The notes under the pieces: generated by a model | Seen by the model: only the letters and a program-made list of their open reading frames with translations | Databases searched by the model: none | Told to the model about the DNA's origin: nothing | Program-made: the position numbers and the translations under genes | Shown here: positions 1 through 12,584 of the stretch, one piece after another | Position numbering within the stretch: position 1 is the first letter of the stretch | How the letters are laid out: each line of letters opens with the position of its first letter | From: the human T2T-CHM13v2.0 reference genome, Homo sapiens | Length of the DNA stretch: 64,000 nt | Strand: one strand, 5' to 3' | Assembly: GCF_009914755.1 (NCBI RefSeq) | Contig: NC_060929.1

Positions 1-199
1 CAATAAAAAGCAGAGAGAGTAAGAAGAGGGGGCAGATAGGGTCCACAGCAACTGAGAGTGGTGAGTGGGCAAGAGGCAGTTTTGGAGAGAGAAGATGCAG
101 AGAAAGGCAGTGATGGAAGACGCCATCCTTAAAAGTTGGCTGAGCATGGACAGGACATGCCCATTTCAGTGTAGAGCAAGGCTTCTCATCCCTGGCTTC

Positions 200-350
200 C
201 TTCCAAAATCACCTGCCAAGCGTTTCCAAGTATCTGTTGCTCAGGCCCCATCCAAACCTATTATATCTCAATACCCAAGGGAGGCCTGGAATTGGAATTT
301 TGAGCTCCCCAGGCCAGTCTGAGGTGCAGTCAGGATTGAGAATTGCTGTT
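200..350. mobile_element. MER5-like hAT-Charlie MITE fragment
   Basis: ggccccatccaaacctatt...ctccccagg...ttgagaattgctg resembles degraded MER5. Confidence 0.5.
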
Positions 351-549
351 CTAGAGATAGAATTGTGCTTTGATCTACTTTAATAACTTTGGAGGTTGAT
401 GGATGGTGTTTTTAAATGCATTATACTGATGTGAATGCCCAGACCTGAGCTAAGAATATTGACATTTATTATCTCATTTAAATCCAGTGTGCCCCTGTTT
501 ACAGATAGTGGTGGCTAAAATTCATTGAACAGTTATTTTGCCTTAGACA

Positions 550-690
550 ACACCTCATTTAATCTCACAACAACCCTGTGAAATAACTAGTTATCCCCTG
601 CTACACAGATGAAGTTATGGCATAGAGCATTGAGGTAACTTGCCCAAGATCAGCCAGTTAATAAACGGCAGAGGCAGAACTGAGCCTGCC
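550..690 (-). mobile_element. MIR SINE
   Basis: ctcatttaatctcacaacaaccctgtga...acagatga...taacttgcccaagatc is the MIR core, antisense. Confidence 0.8.
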
Positions 691-1128
691 CATCTGGCTC
701 TAGGGCCTCCTGGTCAATACACCAACATCTGCCCAGGTCCCCCTTCACTTGCGTTTCATCAGAGGGAGGGGCAGGCCAGCCCTGATCCCAAGGTAACCAC
801 AACCAAGACTCCATTCAGACTGGCCTGGGAGAAGGAACCTAAATGAGGCTGAATGCAAGCAGCAGATGTCCCCGCACAGCAATTCATTTGCTACTGGGAA
901 CATGGCTCGGCAAAGACTCCAGTATGAATGGAGTTTGCAATTTGAAAGATGATGTGTCTGGAGCCCTGCGGCGTGCTTTATTCCGGCGTGCACCTGCCTC
1001 CTCCATTCATTCCCATCTCCGCTCCCATCCTCGCTCCACCTCAAACTCTTCTTCTTCCCTCTGCCCTCCTTCACACCTCAACCTCTCTGACCTAAAAAAC
1101 TTGGTTTATTTTTACTATAAATATAATA

Positions 1129-1430
<302 letters not shown>

Positions 1431-1619
1431 AAAATAATACTTTCTCATAAGAATAAGATAGCACCGAAGTACATCCCAACGCTGCATGCCGCCATCTCCT
1501 GCTGGGTACAATTTCCTGTGTGTTCATCCAGGCCTAGCATAGGCTCATACAAACATTATGCTCATCTGTAAATGTTTCTGCTTTTGAATTGTCTGTAAAA
1601 ATTAAATCCTGTTATACAA

Positions 1620-2224
<605 letters not shown>

Positions 2225-2269
2225 TGAGCATGTACATTTTTTAATGATAATGATGATGATAATCATCTT

Positions 2270-2450
2270 GCTAACTGCATTTAGCACTTACTTTGATATG
2301 CCAGGCATTATAAGAACATTATATTCATTATCTTATTTAGTCCTTCCAACAGTCCTGTAAGATACATTTTATTGTTATCTTCATTTTCATGCAATAGCAT
2401 TAAGGCCTAGAGAGGTTGGGTTCTTGCTTCAAATAATACAGCTAATAAAT
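2270..2450 (-). mobile_element. MIR SINE
   Basis: gcacttac...tgccaggca...cctagagaggtt...acagctaataaatg. Confidence 0.7.
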
Positions 2451-2619
2451 GAACTGTCTGCCAAAAAGGCGGTACCAATTTTCACCCTAGCCACAGGGCC
2501 ATTTCCCCAACAGGATATCATTGTCTTTGTGAGAATGAAAATCTAAAGGTACCTCTTTTTCGGTTTGCTTTCTCACCCCTTGAGGTGAACATCTGTGGCT
2601 TCCATGATCACCACCCTAT

Positions 2620-3010
2620 TTCAGACCATTTTCTCTCCCTATTGGACCAGAGCCTCCACAGACTCCTGCTCCCAGACTTTCCCCTTCCGGTCCATCCTCC
2701 ACACTACCAGAACACTCACACTCGCCCCTAAAGCCCTTTGGTCTCTCGTTGCCACCAGGATAAACTCCTGGCTCCTTGATCTACTATTTGAGGTCCTCCA
2801 TGACCACATCCCTGCCAGCCTGTCAAAGCCACTATCCTTTCTCTGGCCCTCTGTCCTCTTCCTGTCAGCTTTTCCAAACCATGACCCTGCACCACTTTCA
2901 CATCTCTGAGCCTGTGCACATGCCATTTCTTCTTTCTGGAAGGCCTTTCCATCTTTGATTTTCCTGGCAAACTCTTACCCACTTTTCAAAGCCCAGTTTA
3001 AATGGCGTCT
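2620..3010 (+). mobile_element. L2 fragment
   Basis: tccatcctccacac...aggataaactcc...tttcaaagcccagtttaaatg, L2 3' region. Confidence 0.6.
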
Positions 3011-3230
3011 CTTGAAGCCAGGATGAAACCAAGGATAACACCAAACTCTTAGTGACAACAAGCTTGCAAGTGAGAGTTATTCTGTTTTATACTTTTTGTG
3101 CTTTCTAAATGTTTTGCAATGAGTAGCTGTTACTTTCATAATGAGAAAAAATAAAATACCTTTAATTTTTAGCATCTTTTCCTTTGAAATTTCTTAGTCT
3201 ATGCTTTATGAAGTAGTCAAAAAGCATACT

Positions 3231-3385
3231 TGGACACGCTTGTACTCCCAGCTACTGGAAAGGCTGAGACATGAGAATCACTTGAATCCGGGAGGCAGAG
3301 GTTACAGTGAGCCAAGATTGCACCATTGCACTAAAGCCTGGGTGACAGAGTGAAACTTTGTTTAAAAAAAAAAAAAAAAAAAAAA
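3231..3385 (+). mobile_element. Alu right-arm fragment (local copy of the Alu at 4640)
   Basis: Shares private variants and 3' flank with 4786-4986. Confidence 0.9.
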
Positions 3386-4070
3386 GAGTGGATTTGGAGG
3401 ACAACCACCTGAGACTGTGCTGGAAGAGCTGGAGTCACAGTTTGTCCCACTGGCAAAGTGCCTTATGTCCCTGACCTAGAGAATGCTAAATTACTCTCTG
3501 AGAAGAATCTTTGCTTGCCTCTTGGTTCATATTTGAGTCAAAGTAGGCATCCTTTTCCTCTGAGAAAATATCCAGGATGCCTGGCATATAGTCGACCCTC
3601 AATAAGGGGTTGCTGAATGCATTAATTAACAAAGAAGTCAAGCACACACACAATTTGGCTAACTTCTAAAGCATAAGCTCCTCATGCATCCAAAAGAAGA
3701 TTTCTCCTTCATTTCCTCTCCCACAGGGACTAGGGATGGGCATGACCCTGAAGCAATTGCTTCCATGTGATAATTCCAGGATCCTGCTAGTCTTTGGTAG
3801 CTGTGAGAGTGTATGTCACACTTCTGGCTCTGTGATGGGCCTGTTTCTCATTCCCAAATGCTGCAGGTACTGTGTGAGAGCAGAGGGGTGGAGGAGAGGG
3901 ACTCTGCTCCGCTGCATGATGTGAAATTGTGACTCCTTTGACCTCTCTGCAGGAGGGCAGCCTTGCAAATACGCAGCAGCCAGGAAACATGTCTTTTGCC
4001 CCTGGTGGACTTAAATTGTAAGGTTTCAGAGAATTATCTTTTCACCTTGGAAGGTGTTTTATGGGTACAT

Positions 4071-4514
4071 GTGTATTAACTATTACTGAGTAATAAACCC
4101 CTCCAAACACAGTGCCTTAAAATGACAAGGCCTTTATTATTTATCCTGAGTCTGTGGGTTGGTTGGGCCGTTCTCTGGCTGGTCCCACCTGGGCTCACTC
4201 ATGTAGCTGCATTCAGTTGCCAGCAGTTCCGAGATGGCCTCAGCCACATGCTTGGTAGTAGGTGCTGGCTGTTGGCTGGGGCACCTCAGTGCTCCTCCCC
4301 ATGGCCTCTCCTCCCGCAAAAGGCCAAACTGGCTTTCTTGCACAGTGGCCTCAGGACAGCAATACACCAGGCTCTGCTTGGGTCATGTTTGCTGATGTCC
4401 CACTGGCCAAGTCACATGGATAAACCCAGAGTCAGCCAGCCAGGCAGGAGGCTTGGAGCTCGCCTCTTGATGGGAGCAGTAGTAAGGAATGTGTGGCCAA
4501 TTTCAATTCACCAC
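4071..4514 (-). mobile_element. MLT1-family MaLR LTR
   Basis: gggctcactcatgtagctgca...gctgttggctggggcacctcag...caagtcacatgg. Confidence 0.75.
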
Positions 4515-4639
4515 AACATGTATGAGAGTCAGAGACAGAGGGAAGCAGAACCTGATCCTCACCTAGCGGCTGGACAACTGAGATGACAGAATGATGTATC
4601 CACGGCACAGAGGTGGGGAGATGTCAAAGAGTGGATTTG

Positions 4640-4933
4640 GGCTGGGCGTGGTGGCTCAGGCCTGTAATCCCAGCACTTTGGGAGGCCAGGCGGGTGGATT
4701 ACTTGAGGCCAGGAGTTCGAGAACTGCCTGGACAGCATGGCGAAACCCCATCTCTACTAAAAATACAAAAATCAGCCGGGTGTGTTGGCACATGCTTCTA
4801 ATCCCAGCTACTGGAAAGGCTGAGACATGAGAATCGCTTGAATCCAGGAGGCTGAGGTTGCAGTGAGCCAAGATTGCACCATTGCACTAAAGCCTGGGTT
4901 ACAGAGCGAAACTTTGTTTTTAAAAAAAAAAAA
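4640..4933 (+). mobile_element. Alu (AluS-like)
   Basis: Full Alu; TSD aaag(a/g)gtggatttg. Confidence 0.95.
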
Positions 4934-5229
4934 GGGTGGATTTGGAGGACAACCACCTGAGACTGCGCTGGAAGAGCTGGAGCCACGGCCCCCCGCCCCC
5001 AAGCTGTCCCACAGGGCCCTGCTCTCTGAGGCTTTACCTTACACAGAGGAGGAACTGAGGACAATGCATTGCTGGAGGAATGGAAGGAAATGCTAGTGAA
5101 AGACAGGTCCCACCAGTAGGGAGAGAATTTTCCAAAAGCTGCATGAAGACCAGAAGAAAAACAATCTCTTTAAGGACGTTGCAGACCTGAGCAAGGCCAA
5201 GAACTGGGTGTGCTTCAGAGGGGACTCCC

Positions 5230-5550
5230 GGCGGCAGCCACAAAGGTGCATGCTCCAATCTCCCTTCAGGAAGAGTGTGCCTTTCAGCTACAAGACATGC
5301 AACTGGCTGCTCCTTCTGCTACAGCTTTCAGGGTCCATCTCTGCATGCAAGTTCTAGCCAAGGCCATACTCTTCCCAGGAAGCCCCCTCAGCCAGTGACT
5401 GAGCATGGTGGGGGTACTTGGGCTGGGCCATTTCTGTCAAATGTGGGATTCTTCTAAAACCCATCTTTGCTCTAGGACTTTGTGCTGCATTCACAGAATG
5501 TCAGCTCAGCATCACAGTCTGAAGGTTTTCCTCCCTTTTACCTTTCATAG
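5230..5550 (+). mobile_element. ERVL LTR16A-like LTR
   Basis: ggcagccac...atctcccttcagg...cagccagtgactgagcatggtgggggtact...gccatttctg. Confidence 0.6.
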
Positions 5551-5577
5551 CTGCTGTGCCCAATATGCCCTTTGCTT

Positions 5578-5790
5578 GGCTAACATTTACTGAGCATGTA
5601 TTATACATCAGGCACTGTGCTAAGGGATCTATGTGCCTTGCCATTTAGTCTCTACAGCAATCCTATCAGATAGCAACCGATAGCACTCCACGTTATAGGT
5701 GAGGAAACAGGAACAGAAGGATGATGTGGCTCACCTTGTGTGTGGGGAGAGGGGAAGCACAGCCAGGAAGAGATGGAATCAAGATTGGGT
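5578..5790 (-). mobile_element. MIR SINE
   Basis: ctaacatttactgagc...caggcactgtgctaag...gaggaaacagg. Confidence 0.75.
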
Positions 5791-6489
5791 TTGGGGATCG
5801 GATCTGCACCCTCCACAGGGGAAGACACGCTTCTCACTGCTCTGTCCTTTCCCCTGGATGTTTTCCAGGCTCTAATTTCCTCTAGATTTGAAAAATGAAC
5901 TTTCCTTCCTGGAATTTGTCCAATTTTGGAATGAAGTTTCCTGGTCTAGTCACAAATTCATTAACAAGAGCTCAAATTAAGGGCTTCCCCTCAGTATGGT
6001 GTCCCTCAAAGTCCTGCCTTGGGGACTTGATTGACCAAGTAAAGGAAAGCACTCACTGTGCAGATAGCACGGGAAGAGCTGCTTTGGCTTCCCCAAGATC
6101 AACAGGCCCTGAAAGGCAAAGACCTGGGTTTGGAAGGTGCAGCAGGTTAGAGGAAGAGTGGGGCTTCTCTGCTTCTGAGAACAGCATGGGGAAGTTCCCA
6201 GCAGGGTGCCTGCGTCTCCAAGTCACACAGGGTTAGTCACCCTTCTTGCCCCAGAGGCTCTGCTTAGCTCTTCTGTCAGTCAGAATCTCAATTTCATCTA
6301 TACCTCACAGCCACAGACTTTCAACTGTAGACCTCCATGGTCTAGATATTCTCTAGCCCACTGTCACCCCCAAGGAGCTGGTCTCCGAAGTCTCATCTGT
6401 GTAGGAGATTCAGCAGATCCAACGCATGAAATAGACCAGAGCAAGAATTTGATTTTGAAATGAAATCAAAACAGAATCAACCAGCACAA

Positions 6490-6680
6490 ACCTGGCTTCC
6501 AGCCCAGGCACCATGTCCTGGAAAATAAGTCACTGTGTGAATTTGGGACAGTCACTTACCTCTTTGAGCCTGTTTTCTCATCTGCAAATGGGAATAATAA
6601 TAGTACCTGCCTAATGAGGATTTCATGAGGATCACAGGCAGTATGCTCAGCTCCGCACCTGGCACAAAGCCAGCTCTTAA
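6490..6680 (+). mobile_element. MIR SINE
   Basis: gtcacttacctctttgagcctgttttctcatctgcaaatgggaataataatagtacct. Confidence 0.8.
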
Positions 6681-6739
6681 TATGGCTTAGTTACCATCTC
6701 ATTGTGGGTCCCTTAAAGAGTAGGACTTCTTGACTCTAC

Positions 6740-7110
6740 TTCAAGGTTGACTTATGAGGTAATCCCAGGAAGCACAGTTGGAAGAGTGAAAGGAGAAAAG
6801 CCACTAAAAGTTGTCATCCCAAGTGGCTTCCTACTGTGGGCACCTAGGGCTCAGGCCCTCTGAGAAACAGTGTGGAATATGCATGAGAACTGCCGGGAAG
6901 CTGGAGGGCTTGTCCCCAGACTCCCAAGCCTCATTTGTAAGGGATGCCCTGGGAGGCAGTGACAAGCCCCACAGCACATCTGGGTGCACTTGTGTGAAGA
7001 GGGAAACCCTCAGCCCAGTGAAGAGAGCCCAGTGTTCGAGAAGGAGCATGGTCAGCTTGCAGGCCAACTCAGGACAGCCAGGAGGGTGTGGGGAGCATTC
7101 CTTCTGCTCC
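6740..7110 (-). mobile_element. ERVL LTR16C-like LTR
   Basis: gaggtaatcccaggaagcac...ctgtgggcacctagggctcag...gggaagctgg. Confidence 0.55.
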
Positions 7111-7279
7111 AGTTCCCATTATGGTTACTGTAATGACAAACACGGGTAACAGGGTATATTATCTTGTGTTATTCACGTAAATATATAGACCACGACAACT
7201 CAGTCCAATTCTCATTGTCTTCTGTGATGCTCGAATTTTGATAAATACCCTAACGGGCTTCATGGAAAGAAGAGGAAAG

Positions 7280-7470
7280 ACCAGTTATTTTATTAAGGGC
7301 TGTCATGGCCAGGGACTGTGCTAAGCATGTAATCCTCACACAACTCATGAACTTGGATATGAATATCCCATTTTGCAGGGAACAAAACTGAGGCAAAGAG
7401 AGGTATATATCTTACTCAAAAATCCTACAGCCTGTAAGAGGCAGAAATGGGATGCAAATACACAAAATAA
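7280..7470 (-). mobile_element. MIR SINE
   Basis: cccattttgcag...aaaactgaggcaaagagagg. Confidence 0.75.
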
Positions 7471-7483
7471 GACTCTGCTGTCA

Positions 7484-7981
<498 letters not shown>

Positions 7982-7991
7982 TTAGGGAAGT

Positions 7992-8685
7992 TGTATGGAG
8001 TACCCTTGACATAACTAACTCCATCTCAGGAAAAGGCTCCACTTGATAATTCATAGGGCACTCTGCCAACAAGGATAAGATGTTTTGTTTAATAAACAAA
8101 TTTAAAAAGTAAAGACTGCATCCAACCAGATAAGGACACAAACAAGCAATCTCTTCCGCTATCAGTTCTCACCAGAGAACTCTGTGACTATAAAAGATTA
8201 GGCCTTCAGCAGCTCAAAATGGTAGTCTTAACTGACACCATCTTGCTGTCACTTGTGATAAGAACTTGGCATCTGCTGCCAAAGGCTCTGCCACCTCAAA
8301 GACTCTTCCTTGCAAGACCAACAGACTGCCCAGCCCAGAACACGACAACTTGTGTCTTCCTCGCTCCCCCTGGACTCATTTATTAACCCTTTCTCCTATC
8401 TCTTTTTCCTCTTGATGTTAAATGCTATATTGTTTGTGTGGAGTGTTTAATCTATAACACTTCAAGTACACTATCACGCATGGTTTGCAGTATTGACTGA
8501 CTTACGGAGTGCCCGCAGCTCTGACTACGGAGTAAATGGGAAGTATTAAGGAGAACTGCCTCCTTGGGAACTCCACAGAGCTCGTGGCTTTTGTGATGGA
8601 ATCACCATCAATACAAGGCTGACACTGTGGAAAGACACAAGCATGTGTGGACCTGGCTATTTCTAACCTGGCACTCCTCATGACA
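7992..8685 (+). mobile_element. Solo ERV1 LTR (LTR37-like, tentative)
   Basis: TG...CA ends (tgta...tgaca), flanks gaagt/gaagc, aactccatct near the 5' end. Confidence 0.65.
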
Positions 8686-8849
8686 GAAGCCAAAGTGACA
8701 ATTTGCATATGTAGAATGAGAATGGTTGGCCTTCAGATGGACTTCATTCATTGTTAGTAGTGCTCCCTTTCATTCTCAACTGTCCTGGTTTGGACAAGAC
8801 ATTGCATGTCTCCCTATACAAAATGCTATTAAATTAACAAAGAGCTTCC

Positions 8850-9020
8850 GCACAGGTTATTTGACTACTTTATTATCCCCACAACCTTAAGAGGAAGTGT
8901 TTATGACACTATTTGATGGAAGGGCAAATCAAGACCCAGAGAGGCTGTCCTGCAAGGCCCTGGCCTGGCTGAGACTAGAACCCAGACATCTCTTTTGATT
9001 CCAAAGCCCAGGGTCTTTCT
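8850..9020 (-). mobile_element. MIR fragment
   Basis: cccagagagg...gactagaacccag...gattccaaagccca. Confidence 0.55.
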
Positions 9021-9180
9021 GCTTGATCTTCATGCATTGTTCTTACATTGATTTGGTCATTTATTTATTCATCTTTCACTCATTCTTTCTTTTTCTTTAG
9101 AGCACACTGTGCCCATTTTTATGTTTCTCTCTGCTTCCAGAAGTTCAAGATACAGAATGAAGCAAAAACCAGGCTTGACA

Positions 9181-9290
9181 GCAGTGAGCCATGTTCACAC
9201 CACTGCACTCCAGCCTGGGTGACAGACTGAGACCCTGTCTCAAAAAAAAAAAAAAAAAAAGGAAAAGGAAAAGAAAAAGAGAAAGAAACT
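9181..9290 (+). mobile_element. Alu 3' fragment
   Basis: gcagtgagcc...cactgcactccagcctgggtgacag plus A tail. Confidence 0.9.
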
Positions 9291-9294
9291 CAAT

Positions 9295-9733
9295 TGTTAG
9301 GCATCTCCCTGGGGATTTTATCAACCAGGAAGGATAAATTGGGAGCACAGGAGAGGCAGCTGGAGGTTGACACCAGCCCAGACAGATTACCACCTGTTCT
9401 TCTAAGAGCTGCTCCAGACAATTTTCATTACCTGAGAGACTTTTTGTCTGTATAACAGGACAGCGTTTATCCCCATGCATTTCCTCCCTCACCCTCCCAT
9501 AACTAGTATCTCTACCACCCTCCAGAAGCCCCAAGTTCCTATTCATTTCTGTAGCTCAGGATGCTATATAAGCTTCAATCATCTGATCATTCCTCCAGTG
9601 TCATATTCTGTGGAACTCCTGTGCATACATATGTAATTAGTTTTTCTCCTGTTAGTCTGTCCTATGTCAATTTAATTCATAGCCTAGCCAATGAACCTAG
9701 AAGAGTGGAGGGAAGTCATTATTCCTCCCCTAA
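9295..9733 (+). mobile_element. MER34-family ERV1 LTR (5' part probably missing)
   Basis: tatataag TATA box; 3' end tcctgttagtctgtcctatgtcaatttaatt...gaacctagaag...ttcctccccta. Confidence 0.65.
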
Positions 9734-9907
9734 AACACAACATATATGTACATGAAATTGTTAACAATGGCGAATTTGTATGGGTCTGCAGCAACCTCAG
9801 CTCTTGCTTTCTCAGAAGAAAGAATTCGACTGAGGGATAGAAAGCAGAGTGAGAGACAGAGTCAAGTTTTAGAGCAGAAGCAAAAGTTAATTAAAAAGTT
9901 TAGAGCA

Positions 9908-10212
9908 GCCGGGTGCAGTGGCTCACACCTATAATCCCAGCACTTTGGGAGACTGAGGTGGACAGATCACAAGATCAGGAGTTCGAGACCAGCCTGACCA
10001 ACATGGTGAAACCCCATCTCTATAAAAATACAAAAATTAGCCGGGTGTGGTGGCGCGTGCCTATAATCCCAGCTACTCAGGAGGCTGAGGCAGGAGAATC
10101 GCTTGAGCCCAGAAAGCGGAGGTTGCAGTGAGTTAAGATCACGTCACTGCACTCCAGCCTGGGCGACAGAGCAAGACTGTCTCAAAAAAAAAAAAAAAAG
10201 AAAGAAAGAAAA
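9908..10212 (+). mobile_element. Alu (AluS-like) in MER50
   Basis: Full Alu; TSD aaaagtttagagca. Confidence 0.95.
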
Positions 10213-10579
10213 GAAAAGTTTAGAGCAGGAATGAAAAGAAGTAAACTGGAAGAGGGCCAAGCAGGTGACTTCAGAGATTCAACTGTGCTGTTCCTTTGAC
10301 TTGGGGTTTTACATGTTGACACGCTTCCAGGGTTGCATTACTTCCCTGATTCTTCCCTCGGATGGGCTGTCTGCATGCACAGTGGCCTGCTAGCATTTGG
10401 GAGGGGCTGCAGGCTCAGTGTGTTTACTGGAGTTGTATGCATGCTCGTTTGAGGCATTCTTCCCTTACCAGCCAAGTGTTTAAATCCTGCCATGTTGCCT
10501 CTTAGTGTGCATGCTTGAGCCCACTCGCCCAACTTTTGCTATCTTATTGGGAAGCTGCTGATCACCAATTTCAGGTGTG

Positions 10580-10887
10580 TTTTTGTTTTTGTTTTTGTTT
10601 TTGAGACGCGGAGTCTTGTTCTGTCACCCAGGCTGGAGTGCAGTGGCCCCATCTAGGCACACTGCAAGCTCTGCCTCCCGGGTTCACGCCATTCTCCTGC
10701 CTCAGTCTCCCGAGTAGCTGGGGCTACAGGTGCCCGCCACTGCGCCCGGCTAATTTTTTGTATTTTTTTAGTAGAGACGGGGTTTCACCGCGTTAGCCAG
10801 GATGGTCTCGATCTCCTGACCTCGTGATCCACCCGCCTCGGCCTCCCAAAGTGCTGGGATTACAGGCGTAAGCCACCGCACCCGGCC
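10580..10887 (-). mobile_element. AluY-like in MER50
   Basis: Y-type gcaagctc...gggttcacgccattc; TSD caggtgt. Confidence 0.93.
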
Positions 10888-11069
10888 CCAGGTGTTTATA
10901 TCTATTGGGAGACGGCCTTTCCCTGGCGCCGGCTGCCACCAAGTATTATTTTAGAGACACAGTTCACAACTGCCTGACCATCACCTGATGGTCACCTCCC
11001 ATTCCTGGTGGGAAGGAAGGGGGACCCTCTCCTCTCCTGCTCATGTCTGCCTGACTACCTACTGTAACA

Positions 11070-11145
11070 AAATCACCACTTTGTACACCTTGAATATATT
11101 CAGTCTTCATGTCTCAATGTAATATTTTAAAAATTAAAAGAAGAG
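11070..11145 (+). mobile_element. L1MA 3' terminus (other half at about 9735-9758)
   Basis: ctttgtacaccttgaatatattca...aatattttaaaaa. Confidence 0.6.
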
Positions 11146-11229
11146 AAAACAGGCTTGAGTCCTTGTCTGAAAGCCCTTGGGATTCTTCGCATACTATAGC
11201 GTGGCTACAGCTGTTTGAACCTTTCTCTA

Positions 11230-11410
11230 GGTTTAAATCCTGGTTTTGGCAGTAGCTAAGCTACTCTACCTGGGCAAATCTCAGATTCTTCATCTGCAAA
11301 ATAGGATAATCATAGCAAGTGCCCACCTTGTGAGCTGCTGGGAGGAGAAACAAGATAAAGCATGGGGAGAGGTTGGCACCATGCCCTGTACACAGGAAGC
11401 CCTCAGCAAA
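11230..11410 (+). mobile_element. MIR SINE
   Basis: cctgggcaaatctcagattcttcatctgcaaaataggataat. Confidence 0.65.
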
Positions 11411-12379
11411 ATGCAAGCCAGGTATTTCCTTTATCAGGCGGGAAACACCACCCGGATCTAACCTAGGGGATGGAGTGAGCTTTGGGAAACCAGAAGATTG
11501 GGGTTTTGTTTTTTGTTTTTTGTTTTTAGCTCTAAGCCAGGAACAATAATTGAAAATTTTATTTCCCCCCACCACCCCGGGGAACACGAACCACGTTTTA
11601 AAGAAAACAGTTGGGGGTGTGGGGTGGAGAGTTACTTGGCTTCCAAGGTAAAGGGACTTGGGAAATGTTGAGCCTTAATTTCTGCATCTATGCTCCATTT
11701 ATCCTAAGAGACTTCCCATTTAATCATACAAGGAAGGCAGAATCAAAGGGGGCATATTTGCATCATAAAAGAGGTAATTGAATTCAAATGTGTGGAGTCT
11801 TTACCTTTCAGAGTCCCCAATCCTTTTGTTCTCCCTTCTAATCATTCCTGGCAGTTTTTGCAAAAGGCTAAAATGTGGCACAGGAAGATATCAATACAGG
11901 AGGGAAAAGAAATATGGTCATAAAAGGGGTTAATTCAAATTGTGGGCAGAAAGCCCTTTTTCTTCTTTTTTCTCTTTTCCTGTGAGGGACTCAGACCCAG
12001 AGAGAGGGAGCTGTGACTGGCAGCCGCTGAAGAAAAAAGCAACTGAATTCCTGGTTTCCTTTTCTTTCTTTCTTCTCCACCCAATGCGGGGAGTAGGGGT
12101 ATTTCTTCAAAGAGGAATTTTTAAACATCTGTACATGTCTGTTTTTAAAAAACAAAACAAACTAAAGTTATTCATTAAATGCAAACAAAACACTTGAAAA
12201 TCTACTTAAGTTTCAATCTTATGACCAATTAGAGAGGCAGAAAGGCACTGACTGAGGGTTACACTTCATCTCCTCAAAGTTGATGTGTTCATATTATTTC
12301 CATTTTACAGATGAGGAAATTGAACAGAGTTCAAGAAGGTCCTAGAAATTGAATGAGGGAGGCATTGAATTCCATTCTT

Positions 12380-12472
12380 TTTACTAGAAAGAAATTTAGA
12401 AAAAGACGAAAGAAGAAAAGGAAGGAAGGAGAGAAAAAAAGAAAAAAGAAATGAAGGAAGGAAGGAAGGAGC
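12380..12472 (+). repeat. GA-rich low complexity
   Basis: aagaagaaaaggaaggaagg runs. Confidence 0.8.
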
Positions 12473-12584
12473 ATCTTATTTGGTATTATAAAGTGAAAAA
12501 TATAAGAATATAGCTTCTGAGACACACGCTGAGCCAGAGCTGAGTATCAGAAATAGATGCAGTAAAATAAAGGCTGTGTGGAAA

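Larger units (their letters stand above)
9759..11069 (-). mobile_element. MER50-like solo LTR containing two Alus
   Basis: tgtta...taaca ends, 4-bp TSD aaat; the reverse strand starts tgttacagtaggtagtcaggcagacatgagcagg. Confidence 0.8.

Noticed and set aside
4122-4586. 154-aa ORF with a signal-peptide-like start
   Set aside because: Lies within an MLT1 LTR; no recognisable domain.
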